Below are positions 38,785 through 51,685 of a stretch of DNA of 64,000 bases, piece by piece. The notes beneath the pieces were generated by a model, which saw nothing but the letters and a program-made list of their open reading frames with translations, did not search any database and was not told the origin of the DNA. Location: the NCBI GenBank assembly GCA_963761335.1, contig CAVXGR010000012.1, positions 608,001-672,000 of the forward strand, in the 5' to 3' direction. Both the position numbers and the translations under genes were made by a program. Numbering within the stretch: the first letter of the stretch is position 1; each line of letters opens with the position of its first letter. This stretch comes from an uncultured delta proteobacterium. GTDB lineage: Bacteria; Desulfobacterota; Binatia; HRBIN30; BPIQ01.

Positions 38785-39957
38785 GTGATCGATCTGGAGC
38801 TCTCTGCCAACGACGAGAAGGTGCTGGCGGCGGTGCGCGCCGAGGCGCTGGTGGCGCGCCGCTACGCACGGCACTACGACGAGAACGAGCACGAGTTCCC
38901 TCCCCTGCAGCTGGAGGAGGCGAAGGAGATGCCGAGCCCGCTGCTGCTCCTCGGAAACCGCGGCGAGGGAGACGCCGGCATGGCGGTGATGACCACGCTC
39001 ATCGCCATGGGCCAGACCTGGGGCGACTACTCGGTGCGCGTCCGCCGGCAGCGCGGCGGCCTGGGTAACTCGGCGCTGCAGGCCGCGGGAACCCCGGAGC
39101 AGAAGGCCAAGTGGGGACACCTGACGCTGGCCATGGCGATCACCGAGCCCGGCTGCGGCTCGGACCCGTCGAAGGTGCAGACGAGCGCCGTTCTCGACGG
39201 CGACGAGTGGGTGCTCAACGGCGAGAAGATCTTCGTCACCACCGGCTGCCGCGCCGAGGGCGTGGTGGTGTGGGCCACGGTCGACAGGTCGGCGGGCCGC
39301 GCCGGAATCAAGTCGTTCCTCGTCGAGAAGACGGCGCCGGGGTTCACGGTCACCCACAAGGAGAAGAAGCTCGGCATCCGCGCCGACGACACCGCCGCCA
39401 TCGTCCTGCAGGACTGCCGCATCCCGCGCGGCAATCTGCTCGGCGGCGACGAGACCGTCTCGCGCCACGGCTCCGGCGGCTTCCGCGGCGTGATGAAGAC
39501 CTTCAACATGACCCGCCCGGTGGTCGCCGCGCTCGGCCTGGGGATCGCCCAGGCGGCTCTCGACTTCACCCGCGAGGCTCTCGGCGAGGGCGGCGTCGAC
39601 ATCGAGTACGGCGGCGGAGCGGCCGGCCGCGGGGCGCTCGCGGAGCGCTTCATTCGCCTGGAGATGCAGCTCGAAGCCGCCCGCCTGGCGATGCTGCGCG
39701 CCGCCTGGCTGGCGGACAACGGCAAGCCGAACAACACCGAGGCATCGGTCTGCAAGGCGAAGGCGGGCGCCGTGGTCCGCGAGATCACCCAGGGATGCAT
39801 CGAGATCCTCGGCCCGATGGGCGCCTCGCGCGAGCACCTGCTCGAGAAGTGGTTCCGCGATTGCCGCATCACCGACATCTACGAGGGCACCGGCGAGATC
39901 CAGCGCCTGATCATCGCCCGCACGCTCCTCGACTACGGCCGCGATGAGTTGAAGTAG
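38785..39957 (+). CDS. Acyl-CoA dehydrogenase (FadE23-like subunit)
   Basis: AMAITEPGCGSD, KLGIRADDTA and LLEKWFRD..ITDIYEGTGEIQ; GTG start at 38785 after GAGGAG. Confidence 0.9.
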   Translation: MIDLELSANDEKVLAAVRAEALVARRYARHYDENEHEFPPLQLEEAKEMPSPLLLLGNRGEGDAGMAVMTTLIAMGQTWGDYSVRVRRQRGGLGNSALQAAGTPEQKAKWGHLTLAMAITEPGCGSDPSKVQTSAVLDGDEWVLNGEKIFVTTGCRAEGVVVWATVDRSAGRAGIKSFLVEKTAPGFTVTHKEKKLGIRADDTAAIVLQDCRIPRGNLLGGDETVSRHGSGGFRGVMKTFNMTRPVVAALGLGIAQAALDFTREALGEGGVDIEYGGGAAGRGALAERFIRLEMQLEAARLAMLRAAWLADNGKPNNTEASVCKAKAGAVVREITQGCIEILGPMGASREHLLEKWFRDCRITDIYEGTGEIQRLIIARTLLDYGRDELK

Positions 39958-39962
39958 AAGAT

Positions 39963-40104
39963 CGTTTTCGCTCGGTATCTCGGTATCTCGGTTTTCGGGT
40001 TCGCGGGTTATCGGGTTCGGGGCATCTGCCGCCCACCCTGAAACTCGAAAACCCGCCGACCAAACCGAGAAACTGAGAAACCGATAAACCGATAAACCGA
40101 GCGA
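39963..40104. repeat. Inverted array of degenerate 8-nt units
   Basis: tcggtatc/tcggtatc/tcggtttt ... ccgagaaa/ctgagaaa/ccgataaa/ccgataaa between convergent genes. Confidence 0.75.
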
Positions 40105-40108
40105 CCTC

Positions 40109-40657
40109 TTACATCATTCCGAGCTCGAGCTTCGCCGCCTCCGACATCATCTGCTGGTTCCACTGCGGCTCGAAGACCACCTGGACGTCGGCGTCGACGA
40201 CGCCGGGCAGGCCGAGGAGGCGCTGGCGGGCATCCATGGCGATGTGGTCGCCCATGCCGCAACCGGGCGCGGTCAGAGTCATGGTGACCAGCACCCGGCT
40301 GCCACCTTCGACCGGCTCGATGCGCAGGTCGTACACCAGGCCGAGGTCGACGATGTTCACCGGGATCTCCGGATCGTAGACGCTGCGCAGCTGCGCCCAG
40401 ACGAGCTCGGCGTCGACTGGTCCCTCCGCCGACGGCCCCGTCTCCTGCGGCGCCTCGGGCAGCGGCTTGCCGATGGCGCCGGCGTCCTTGCCGGCGAGCC
40501 GATAGAGGCCGCCCATGGTCGGAATCTGCAGGGTATAGCTGTCGCCGAGCGCCTGGGTGATCACCGCCGGCGTGTCGGCGGGCACCGTGATCCTGTCCCC
40601 GTAGGGGACCTGCACCACCTCGCACTCACGCGAGAACGTCACTTCTTCGTATCGCAT
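40109..40657 (-). CDS. sufT: Fe-S assembly protein SufT (DUF59 with N-terminal extension)
   Basis: VYDPEIPVNIVDLGLVY and MTLTAPGCGMG; ITQALG N-domain. Confidence 0.92.
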   Translation of the reverse strand: MRYEEVTFSRECEVVQVPYGDRITVPADTPAVITQALGDSYTLQIPTMGGLYRLAGKDAGAIGKPLPEAPQETGPSAEGPVDAELVWAQLRSVYDPEIPVNIVDLGLVYDLRIEPVEGGSRVLVTMTLTAPGCGMGDHIAMDARQRLLGLPGVVDADVQVVFEPQWNQQMMSEAAKLELGMM

Positions 40658-40678
40658 CAGATATCTCCAAATACCGAC

Positions 40679-40731
40679 CCCTCACCCTGACCCTCTCCCG
40701 CGAAAAGTGCGGGAGAGGGTCAGGGTGAGGG
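40679..40731. repeat. Perfect 23-bp-stem palindromic repeat between sufU and sufT
   Basis: ccctcaccctgaccctctcccgc-gaaaagt-gcgggagagggtcagggtgaggg. Confidence 0.9.
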
Positions 40732-40748
40732 CCTTCTCCATCCATTCC

Positions 40749-41204
40749 TCACTCCGTTGACACCGGCTCCTGCTCGCCCTCGAGCGCCGCGTGCATGGTG
40801 TGCCAGGCGAGCACGGCGCACTTGACGCGCGAGGGAAACTGGCTGACGCCGGCGAAGACGGCGAGCTTGCCGAGGCCGGCGGCCTCGGCGACGGCATCGG
40901 CCTCGCCGGTGATCAGGCGGTGAAACCTGTCGAACAGCTTCTCCGCCTCGGCGCGCGTCTTTCCCTTGAGCACCTCCGTCATCACCGACGCCGAGGCGGT
41001 GGAGATGGCGCAGCCCGAGCCCTCGAAGGAGATGTCGCGGACGACGTCGTCGTCCATGTGCAGATACACGGTCATCCTGTCGCCACAGAGCGGGTTGTAG
41101 CCTTCGAGGTGCTGCGCCGGCGCCGGCAGCTTGTGGAAGTTCCGCGGCTTGCGGCTGTGCTCGACGATGATCTCCTGGTAGAGCTCGCGCAGATCGTCGT
41201 TCAC
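40749..41204 (-). CDS. sufU: SUF-system NifU-type scaffold/sulfurtransferase SufU
   Basis: LYQEII..H...[19 protein letters not shown] and RVKCA.L.W. Confidence 0.95.
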   Translation of the reverse strand: MNDDLRELYQEIIVEHSRKPRNFHKLPAPAQHLEGYNPLCGDRMTVYLHMDDDVVRDISFEGSGCAISTASASVMTEVLKGKTRAEAEKLFDRFHRLITGEADAVAEAAGLGKLAVFAGVSQFPSRVKCAVLAWHTMHAALEGEQEPVSTE

Positions 41205-42463
41205 CCGAGCACCTCGATCACCCGGCGCACGCCCGCCACCAGCGCCTCGACATCCTCGCGCGTGTTGTAGAACGCCAGCGAGGCACGCGCCGTCGCCGGA
41301 ACGCCGAAGCGCTCCATCACCGGCTGGGCGCAGTGGTGGCCGGCGCGGATGGCGACACCCTCGCGGTCGAGGATGGTGCCGATGTCGTGGGGATGGATGC
41401 GATCGATGACGAACGACAGCACCGTCGCCTTCTCCCGCGCCGTGCCGATGATGCGCACCTGGGGGATCTCCGACATGCGTTCGGTGGCGTAGCGCAGCAG
41501 CTCGCGCTCGTAGGCGTCGGCCTGCGCCAGGTCGATGCCCTCCAGGTAGTCGAGGGCCTCGCCGAGACCGACGACGCCGGTGATGTTGGGCGTGCCCGCC
41601 TCGAAGCGCCCGGGAATCTTCTTGAAGATCGACTTCTCGAAGGTCACCGAGCTGATCATCTCGCCGCCGCCCTGGTAGGGCGGCAGCGCCTCGAGCCGCT
41701 CGGCGCGCCCGTAGAGCACGCCAACTCCCGTCGGCCCGTAGAGCTTGTGCGCCGAGAAGGCGAAGAAGTCGCAGCCGAGGTCGCCGACGTCGACGCCGAG
41801 ATGCGGTGCCGACTGCGCCCCGTCGAGCAGCACCGGAATGCCGCGGCGGTGCGCCATCTCGACGATCTGCTTGGCCGGGTTGATGGTCCCCAGGGCGTTG
41901 GAGAGATGCACGATCGACACCAGGCGGGTGCGCGGCCCGAGGAGCTTCTCGTAGGCGTCGAGATCGAGCTCGCCGGCGTCGTCGATCGGCACGACGCGCA
42001 GCCGCGCGCCGCGCTCCTCGCAGACGAGCTGCCAGGGGACGATGTTGGAGTGGTGCTCCATGGCGGAGATGACCACCTCGTCGCCCGCCTTGAGCACCGA
42101 CTTGCCGAAGCCGCTGGCCACCAGGTTGATGGCCTCGGTGGTGCCGCGCACGAAGACGATCTCGCGATCTTCGGCGGCGTTCAAGAAGCGCCGCACCTTG
42201 CCGCGCACCGCCTCGAAGGCCAGCGTCGCCCGCTCGCTCAGGGTGTGCAGGCCGCGGTGCACGTTGGCGTAGTCGTGCGCGTCGAAGTGGGCGACGGCAT
42301 CGATCACCACCTGCGGTTTCTGGCTGCTGGCGGCGTTGTCGAGGTAGACGAGCGGCTTGCCGTGCACCTGCTGGTGCAGCACCGGAAAGTCCGCCCGCAC
42401 CCGATGCGGGTCGAAGGCGGCCGCGGCGGCGCCCCGGCGCGCAATCTTCTGTGCGCTGGTCAT
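41201..42463 (-). CDS. sufS: Cysteine desulfurase SufS
   Basis: [21 protein letters not shown] and RAGHHCAQP. Confidence 0.96.
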   Translation of the reverse strand: MTSAQKIARRGAAAAAFDPHRVRADFPVLHQQVHGKPLVYLDNAASSQKPQVVIDAVAHFDAHDYANVHRGLHTLSERATLAFEAVRGKVRRFLNAAEDREIVFVRGTTEAINLVASGFGKSVLKAGDEVVISAMEHHSNIVPWQLVCEERGARLRVVPIDDAGELDLDAYEKLLGPRTRLVSIVHLSNALGTINPAKQIVEMAHRRGIPVLLDGAQSAPHLGVDVGDLGCDFFAFSAHKLYGPTGVGVLYGRAERLEALPPYQGGGEMISSVTFEKSIFKKIPGRFEAGTPNITGVVGLGEALDYLEGIDLAQADAYERELLRYATERMSEIPQVRIIGTAREKATVLSFVIDRIHPHDIGTILDREGVAIRAGHHCAQPVMERFGVPATARASLAFYNTREDVEALVAGVRRVIEVLG

Positions 42464-43785
42464 GGGGTCGCCTCGGATTCGCTGTCGCGGTGGAACTGCC
42501 GGCGGAGAATCTCCTCCACCTGAAGCGAGACCGGCGCCGAGCGCATGCGCCCGACCAGCTCGTTGGCAAACGCGAAGATCAGCACGTCGCGGGCCGTGGC
42601 CGCGTCGATGCCGCGCGAGCGCAGGTAGAAGAGCGCGTCCTCGTCGAGTCGGCCGATGGTGGCGCCGTGACTGCACTTCACGTCGTCGGCGAAGATCTCC
42701 AGCTGCGGCTTGGTGTCGACCACGGCGTTGTCGGAGAGCAGCAGGTTCTTGTTCATCTGCTGCGCGTCGCTCTTCTGCGCCTGCGGCCGCACGTAGACCT
42801 TGCCGTTGAACACCGCCGTCGAGCGGCCGTCGAGGACGCCCTTGTAGAGCTCGCGGCTGCTGCAGTTGCCGGCCTGGTGATCGATGCTGGTGTGGTGGTC
42901 GGCGTGCTGGCGGCCGCCGACCATGTAGAGGCCGTCGAGGCTGCACTGCCCTCCCTCGCCGCCGAGAACGGTGCCGATGTCGGTGCGCACCAGGGCGCCG
43001 CCGAGGGACACCGAGAACGAGGCCAGGCGGCTGTCCCGCTCCTGGCGGACGTCGACGCGGCCGACGTGATAGGCGGTGTCGGCCTCGCGCTGAACCTTGT
43101 AATGGGCCAGCCCGGCGTTGGCGCCGAGGAAGACCTCGGTCACGCAGTTGGCGAAGTACACCGGTCCGGGCCCGCCGAGGTGCGTCTCGATCACCGTCGC
43201 CTCGGCGCTGCGGCCGAGGACGATGAGGACGCGCGGGTGCGAGACCACGGGCTCACCGTCGCCGCCGGAAATGAAGAGCAGGTGAATCGGCTCGTCGAGG
43301 CTCACGCCGTCGCCGATGGAGACGAGAGCGCCGTCGTCGATGAAGGCGGTGTTGAGCGAGGCGAAGGCGTCCTCGCCGGCGGCGCCGCCGAGATGCGGCT
43401 CGAGCGCCGCGTCGCCGTCGGCGAGAGCCGCCGCCAGGCTGGCGATCCGCACCCCCGCCGGCAGCGCCGGTGTCGAGGACAACGACGGCGCCAAGCGGCC
43501 GTTGAGAAATACCAGCTGCACCCCGACCGGCTCGCCCCCCCGCGGGCCGAGGCGGGCGGCGGCAACCAGGTCGCCGGCGCGCGCCGCGGCGAGTGGCGGC
43601 GCCGGCCGAAACGCGGTGCGCTCGATCGGCGCCACGTTGGTGTACTTCCACTCCTCCATGCGCGTGGTCGGGAAGCCGAGGTCGGCGAAGCGCGCCATCG
43701 CCTGGTCGCGCATCGTCCGCAGCCATTGCGGCGCCCGCCCGTTCAGCTCGCGCTGGCTCTGCCGATAGGAGTCGACGCTGCTCAT
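42460..43785 (-). CDS. sufD: Fe-S assembly protein SufD
   Basis: EEWKYT and [26 protein letters not shown]. Confidence 0.96.
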   Translation of the reverse strand: MSSVDSYRQSQRELNGRAPQWLRTMRDQAMARFADLGFPTTRMEEWKYTNVAPIERTAFRPAPPLAAARAGDLVAAARLGPRGGEPVGVQLVFLNGRLAPSLSSTPALPAGVRIASLAAALADGDAALEPHLGGAAGEDAFASLNTAFIDDGALVSIGDGVSLDEPIHLLFISGGDGEPVVSHPRVLIVLGRSAEATVIETHLGGPGPVYFANCVTEVFLGANAGLAHYKVQREADTAYHVGRVDVRQERDSRLASFSVSLGGALVRTDIGTVLGGEGGQCSLDGLYMVGGRQHADHHTSIDHQAGNCSSRELYKGVLDGRSTAVFNGKVYVRPQAQKSDAQQMNKNLLLSDNAVVDTKPQLEIFADDVKCSHGATIGRLDEDALFYLRSRGIDAATARDVLIFAFANELVGRMRSAPVSLQVEEILRRQFHRDSESEATP

Positions 43786-43795
43786 TGGCCGCCGC

Positions 43796-44572
43796 TCACA
43801 CCGCCGACGCTTCGGCGCGCTTCTCGATCTCGGCGTAGCCGGTGCGCTCGAGCTGCAGCGCCAGCTCCTTGCCGCCCGACTCGACGATGCGGCCGTTCAC
43901 CAGCACGTGCACGATGTCGGGCACCAGATAGTCGAGCAGGCGCTGGTAGTGGGTGACCACGATGACGGCGTGCTCCTCCTTGCGCAGGGCGTTCACCCCC
44001 TCGGCGACGATGCGCAGGGCGTCGATGTCGAGCCCCGAGTCGGTCTCGTCGAGGATCGCCAGCTTGGGGTCGAGGACCGCCATCTGCAGCACCTCGTTGC
44101 GCTTCTTCTCGCCGCCGGAGAAGCCCTCGTTGACCGAGCGCCGCAGCAGCGCCTCGTCCATGTCGACGAACTTCATCTTCTCGCGCAGCATGGAGAGGAA
44201 ATCCATGGCGTCGAGCGGCTCCAGGCCGCGGTGCTTGCGGATGGCGTTGAGCGCCGTGCGCAGGAAGTAGGAGTTGCCGACCCCGGGGATCTCCACGGGG
44301 TACTGGAACGCCAGGAACAGCCCCTCGCGGGCGCGCTCCTCGGGCGGCATGGAGAGCAGGTCCCGGCCTTCGAAGAGCGCCTCGCCGGCGGTCACCTGGT
44401 AGCCGTCGCGGCCGGCGAGCACGTGGGCGAAGGTGCTCTTGCCGGAGCCGTTGGGCCCCATGACCGCGTGCACCTCGCCGCGGCGGACGCTCAGATCGAT
44501 GCCGCGCAGGATCTCGGTGCCCTCGACGCTGGCGTGCAGATTTCTCACTTCGAGAATCGTTTCTCCACTCAT
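43796..44572 (-). CDS. sufC: Fe-S assembly ATPase SufC
   Basis: GPNGSGKST, FQYPVEIPGV, GFSGGEKKRNE and DETDSGLDID. Confidence 0.97.
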   Translation of the reverse strand: MSGETILEVRNLHASVEGTEILRGIDLSVRRGEVHAVMGPNGSGKSTFAHVLAGRDGYQVTAGEALFEGRDLLSMPPEERAREGLFLAFQYPVEIPGVGNSYFLRTALNAIRKHRGLEPLDAMDFLSMLREKMKFVDMDEALLRRSVNEGFSGGEKKRNEVLQMAVLDPKLAILDETDSGLDIDALRIVAEGVNALRKEEHAVIVVTHYQRLLDYLVPDIVHVLVNGRIVESGGKELALQLERTGYAEIEKRAEASAV

Positions 44573-44599
44573 TTTCGCGTTCCCAACGGCGCCCAGCCT

Positions 44600-46048
<1,449 letters not shown>

Positions 46049-46070
46049 TCTCTCTTGCGTCCTCCGGAAA

Positions 46071-46553
46071 CTAGCGGGGCAAAGCCATGGCGGCGAGGGG
46101 CGCCCTCGCCCCGCCGCTCGCCTCGGCCACCGGCAGCGGCCCCGGCGATCGCTCCGCGACCATGGTCGCCAGGGTCACGCCGTCGAGCGCCTGGCGGATG
46201 GCGCGGTTGATGGTGAGCCAGTGGCCGCGCACCGGGCAGCGGGTCTCGTACTCGCAGTCGCCGGACGGCTGCGAGGTGCACACCGTGAGGGCCACCGGCC
46301 CCTCCAGGGCACTGATGATGTCGGCCATGGAGATGCCCTCCGGCGGCCGCGCCAGGTCGTAGCCGCCCTTGGCGCCGCGGTGGGAGACCAGCAGGCCCTC
46401 CCGGGCCAGCACCTTCATCAGCTTGCTCACCGTCGGCTGCGGCAGATGGGCGCCGGCGGCGACCTCCGTCGCATTGTGGGTCTGGGTCCGATGCGCCGCC
46501 ATGTAGCTCATCAGAACCACGCCGTAGTCGGTCAGGCGACCGATGCGAATCAT
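46071..46553 (-). CDS. Rrf2-family SUF system Fe-S regulator
   Basis: [13 protein letters not shown] and S.RGAKGGY; C-x7-C-x5-C plus His. Confidence 0.92.
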   Translation of the reverse strand: MIRIGRLTDYGVVLMSYMAAHRTQTHNATEVAAGAHLPQPTVSKLMKVLAREGLLVSHRGAKGGYDLARPPEGISMADIISALEGPVALTVCTSQPSGDCEYETRCPVRGHWLTINRAIRQALDGVTLATMVAERSPGPLPVAEASGGARAPLAAMALPR

Positions 46554-46562
46554 ACGCGCTCC

Positions 46563-46590
46563 ATATCGGACTAGTTTGGTCTTGTTTAAC
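46563..46590 (-). promoter_or_regulatory. Probable Rrf2/IscR-type operator
   Basis: A/T-rich imperfect palindrome AAACAAGAC-N7-GTCCGATAT on the minus strand, just upstream of the Rrf2 ATG. Confidence 0.55.
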
Positions 46591-46612
46591 TAGCATATCG
46601 GCGGGGTCGTGC

Positions 46613-46848
46613 AACCGCCAAGGGAAAAGAGAGTGAAAAAAAGCGGCCCCCGAGAAAGAGAACCGCAGAGGGGAAAGAGAGGGGCAACGGAGAGATCGCC
46701 GAGAGAGACTGACTACTTGAGGAGTGAAATCTTGGGGATATCGATACGCCCCCCTTTGTCTCTCTCTGCGGCCTCTCAGTCTTCTCTCGTCTTCCTCTGC
46801 GGTCTTTCTTTGCGGTCTTTCCTTTCTTCTCTCTTTTCCCTTGGCGGT
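46613..46848. repeat. Purine-rich / pyrimidine-rich inverted cassette
   Basis: Ends aaccgccaagggaaaagagag ... ctctcttttcccttggcggtt; same termini as 55951-56254. Confidence 0.8.
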
Positions 46849-46893
46849 TCCGCGGGTTGCGCAGCCCGCCCCGCTGCCGTACATCCTCCTCGC

Positions 46894-48516
46894 ATGCCCA
46901 GGCGCCCGCGCCTTTCCCCGCCGCCGGTCGCCCCGGCGCTCGATCGCTCCGCGGCCCTGGTGATCTTCGCCGCGGCGCTGGCACTGCGCCTCGCCTATAC
47001 CTTTTCCATCCGGGGCACCTACTTCTTCCAGCACCTGCAGGTGAACGCGGAGCGCTACCACGACTGGGCGCTGGCGATCCTGCGCGGCGCCGGGGCGCCG
47101 CGGCCGCCGTTCGAGCAGCCGCCCGGCTACCCGTATATCGTCGCCCTCGTCTACGCCGTCGCCGGAGCCCAGCCGCTGGCCGTGGTGCTCGTGCAGGCGG
47201 TGCTCGGCGCCGCCACCTGCGTCCTCATCGCCGCCGCCACGGCCGCCGTCTTCGGCCGCCGTGCCGCGATCGCCGCCGGGGCTCTCGGCGCCGCCTACGG
47301 GCCATTCATTTACTTCGGCGGAGAGCTCCTGCCGGAGACCCTCTTCGTGCTCCTCGCCGCCGCCGCCGTGGCCGCGGCTCTCTCGGCCTCGCCGCGGCGC
47401 TGGTTGCTCTCGGGCTGCCTGTGGGCGGCGACCCTGCTGGTGCGCTCCAACGCCGTCCTCGCCTTTCCGCTGGCGCTTCTCGACGCGCGTCTGCGCGGCG
47501 GCGCCGCGGCCCTGAGGCGCGCCGCCGCGCCCCTGGTGGTGGCGATCGCCGGCTTCGCCCTTCTCAACATCTTCGCCGGCGGCAGCCCGGTGGCCTTGAC
47601 CACCAGCGGCGGTCTCAACCTGTGGCTCGGCAACAACCCGCACGCCGACGGCGTCAACCCGTTCGTCTACGGCCCGCTCGAACCGGTCGCCGACTGGGTG
47701 CGCTCGCAGGCGAAAAGCGCCGTCGAGGCGGACGGCCTCTTCCGCGCCCGGGCACGGCGCTTCTGGGCGGAGCAGCCGGCGGCGGCACTGGCCCTCGCCT
47801 GGAAGAAGTTCCTGTGGACCTGGACGAGCCGCGAGCTACCCAACAACAGCGACATCGAGTGGAAGAGAGCCCACAGCTGGCTCTTCCGCCTGCCACTCTT
47901 GCCGCTCGGCTTCGGCTTCATCCTGCCGCTCGCCTGTGCCGGCGCCGTGCTCGGCTGGGCGCAGCGGCGCCAGCTGCTCGCCTTCCTGCCGCTGCTCGGC
48001 GCCGGCCTCGGCACCTGTGTGATCTTCTTCACCAATGCGCGTTTCCGTCTCGTCCTCGCGCCCGCGCTTCTGCCGCTGGCGGCGGCGGCTCTGGAGCGGG
48101 CGCCGGCGCTGCTGCGGCACTGGCGCCAGCGCCGCAGCACCCTGGCAGCGGCGGGCGCCGCGACGGCCGTGGGGATCGTCCTCGCCTGGGGGGGCTTCTA
48201 CGGCGTCGATCGCTACGCGATTCCGCAGATCGCCGTGAACACCGGCATCTCCGAGCGCCAGGCCGGCCATTTCGCCGAGGCCGCGGCGCAGCTGCGCCGC
48301 GGCCTGGCGCTCTATCCCGGCGACCCCATCGGCTGGATCCACCTGGCCCTCGCGCTCGAGCAGGGCGGCGACGCCAGCGGCGCCGGGCGCGCCTACCTCG
48401 ACGGCCTCGCCCAGAACCCCGACGACCCGCAGCTCCGCGAGATGGCGTCGCGCTTCGCGCGGCGCCACGGGCTCGACCTGAAGGAGGAAGGAGAGGAGGA
48501 GGAGAAGGGAATGTAA
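46894..48516 (+). CDS. GT-C (ArnT/PMT-like, GT39) membrane glycosyltransferase with C-terminal TPR
   Basis: Many TMs; PPGYPY, E.L.ETL, GG.NLW.GNNP and ARFR motifs; TPR-like tail. Confidence 0.8.
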   Translation: MPRRPRLSPPPVAPALDRSAALVIFAAALALRLAYTFSIRGTYFFQHLQVNAERYHDWALAILRGAGAPRPPFEQPPGYPYIVALVYAVAGAQPLAVVLVQAVLGAATCVLIAAATAAVFGRRAAIAAGALGAAYGPFIYFGGELLPETLFVLLAAAAVAAALSASPRRWLLSGCLWAATLLVRSNAVLAFPLALLDARLRGGAAALRRAAAPLVVAIAGFALLNIFAGGSPVALTTSGGLNLWLGNNPHADGVNPFVYGPLEPVADWVRSQAKSAVEADGLFRARARRFWAEQPAAALALAWKKFLWTWTSRELPNNSDIEWKRAHSWLFRLPLLPLGFGFILPLACAGAVLGWAQRRQLLAFLPLLGAGLGTCVIFFTNARFRLVLAPALLPLAAAALERAPALLRHWRQRRSTLAAAGAATAVGIVLAWGGFYGVDRYAIPQIAVNTGISERQAGHFAEAAAQLRRGLALYPGDPIGWIHLALALEQGGDASGAGRAYLDGLAQNPDDPQLREMASRFARRHGLDLKEEGEEEEKGM

Positions 48517-48630
48517 AATGAAGAACCGGTGACCGGTGATGGAGAACCGGTAAACGGGCCCCGCGCCCCCCGCCGGTTCTGAATTCTCCATCACCGGTCA
48601 CCGGTTCTTCATTTTACATTCTCTTCTCTT
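48503..48630. repeat. 7-nt-period inverted cassette (same family as 37394)
   Basis: aatgtaaaatgaagaaccggtgaccggtgatggagaa ... ttctccatcaccggtcaccggttcttcattttacatt. Confidence 0.85.
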
Positions 48631-50113
48631 CCCGCCGCAGCGGCCTTCCCGGACGCGCGCCGGTGGGGGCGCCGTCGGCGACCACGGCGATGCCGTTGAC
48701 GAAGACGAAGCGGATGCCGCGCGGGTAGCACCGCGGCTGCTGGTATGTGCCGGTGTCGGCGATGGTGCCGGCGTCGAAGAGCACCAGGTCGGCGTAGGCA
48801 CCGGGGCGCAGCACGCCGCGGTCGACGAGGCCGAACTTGGCCGCCGGAAAGCCGGTCATGCGATGCACGGCCGCCTCCAGCGACAGCACCCCGCGCTCGC
48901 GCACATAGCGGCCGAGGACGCGGGGAAAGGTGCCGTACAGGCGCGGGTGCGGCTTGCCGCCGCCGGGGACGCCGTCGGAGCCGATCATCGTCGTCCTGTG
49001 ACGCATGACGGTGCAGACGTCGTCCTCGTCCATCGACTCGATCACCGCCACCGCACCCGGCTCCTCGCGCAGCACGTCGCGGGCGGCGTCCTCCGGCGAC
49101 AGCCGGCGCTGCTCGCATATCTCCTGCAGGCTCATGCCCTCGAGCTGCGGGCGGCGCGGCACCGAGGCGAGCAGCACGTCCCTGGCCTCGAGACGCCCGA
49201 GGCCGCCCGGGCTGCCGGCGGTGCCGAGCGCGTTGTTCTGCAGGATGGCGAACAGCACCGTGCTGCCGCTGGTGTACGGATACTGGTCGGCGGTGACCTC
49301 GAGACCGCGGCGGCGCGCCGCTTCGATGAGGCGCAGCGACTCGTGCACCCGGCCCCAGTTCTCCTTGCCCGAGGCCTTGTGGTGCGAGATCTGCACCGGC
49401 ACCCCGGCCTCCTCGCCGACGCGCAGCGCCTCCTCCACCGCCGCCAGCAGACCCGCCGCCTCGTCGCGCATGTGGGTGGCGTAGAGCCCGCCCGAGCCGC
49501 GCATCTCGCCGGCCAGCTCGACGATCTCCGCAGTGGTGGCGTAGCGCCCCGGCTCGTAGATGAGCCCGGTGGAGAGGCCCGCGGCGCCGGCCTCGATGCC
49601 TTCGCGCAGCATGGCCGCCATGGCGCGCATCTCGCCGCCGTCCGGGGCCCGCTGGGCTCCGCCCATGGCGGCATAGCGCAGCGTCCCGTGGCCCACCAGC
49701 GCCACCACGTTCAGGCTCGGCGGCTCCTCCTCGAGCCGCCGCAGATAGCCGGCGTAGCCGCGCCACTCGGGAAGGCGGGCTTCGGGGTGAAAGCTGCGGA
49801 ACATGGCGCTGGCCACCGGGTGCGGCGCGGCGCCGAGGCCGCAGTTGCCGACGACCTCGGTGGTGACCCCCTGCATCACCTTGAAGTCCATGTCCGGGGT
49901 GACCAGCACCGCCAGGTCGTCGTGGCTGTGGACGTCGATGAATCCCGGCGCCAGGGTGAGCCCGCGCCCGTCGATCTCGCGGTCGCCGGGGCTCGCCGCC
50001 GCCGGCCCGACGGCGGCGATCCGCTCCCCGCAAACGGTGACGTCGGCGACCAACGGCGCCGCCCCGGTGCCGTCGCAGACGGCGGCGCCGCGGATGATCA
50101 GCTGCGAGGCCAT
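48614..50113 (-). CDS. N-acyl-D-amino-acid deacylase (amidohydrolase family)
   Basis: PGFIDVHSHDD, GVTTEVVGNCG, THMRDE, ISHHK and HPRLYGTFPR. Confidence 0.93.
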   Translation of the reverse strand: MASQLIIRGAAVCDGTGAAPLVADVTVCGERIAAVGPAAASPGDREIDGRGLTLAPGFIDVHSHDDLAVLVTPDMDFKVMQGVTTEVVGNCGLGAAPHPVASAMFRSFHPEARLPEWRGYAGYLRRLEEEPPSLNVVALVGHGTLRYAAMGGAQRAPDGGEMRAMAAMLREGIEAGAAGLSTGLIYEPGRYATTAEIVELAGEMRGSGGLYATHMRDEAAGLLAAVEEALRVGEEAGVPVQISHHKASGKENWGRVHESLRLIEAARRRGLEVTADQYPYTSGSTVLFAILQNNALGTAGSPGGLGRLEARDVLLASVPRRPQLEGMSLQEICEQRRLSPEDAARDVLREEPGAVAVIESMDEDDVCTVMRHRTTMIGSDGVPGGGKPHPRLYGTFPRVLGRYVRERGVLSLEAAVHRMTGFPAAKFGLVDRGVLRPGAYADLVLFDAGTIADTGTYQQPRCYPRGIRFVFVNGIAVVADGAPTGARPGRPLRREEKRM

Positions 50114-50131
50114 GCCTCGCAATGGGGGGGC

Positions 50132-50292
50132 TGGGGACAGTGCGTCATGAGCCTTTGCGGCTCACCAACAGACGATGAAAATGGACGGCGTCTTGATTCA
50201 CTGATCAGACGCTTGCGATGATACTTCCGCGCCGCGGGGCGGGTCTCCTCTCCCCGCATCTTTCCGCGGGGAGAGGATCAAGGTGAGGGGTT
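50132..50292 (+). repeat. ~155-bp dispersed repeat (family C) ending in a cctctccccgc hairpin
   Basis: Aligns by eye with the reverse complement of 62133-62287 and with 33200-33249. Confidence 0.8.
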
Positions 50293-50406
50293 CCTGTCTC
50301 ACTGAAAGCTCGTGAATCTCCACGGCCTTCACGCGGCACCCTGGCCCTGCCCCCCGCCAACTGATGCGGGAGAGGGAACGCGCCCCCGGAGCGCACACCC
50401 CCTTTC

Positions 50407-51597
<1,191 letters not shown>

Positions 51598-51685
51598 GAC
51601 TTCCTCCCCAGGGCCCCGGAGGGCACGAGATATGATGTCGCACTGTGGCAACTGCGCCGCTGCAGCGCAACTGGGGGCGGAGGAT

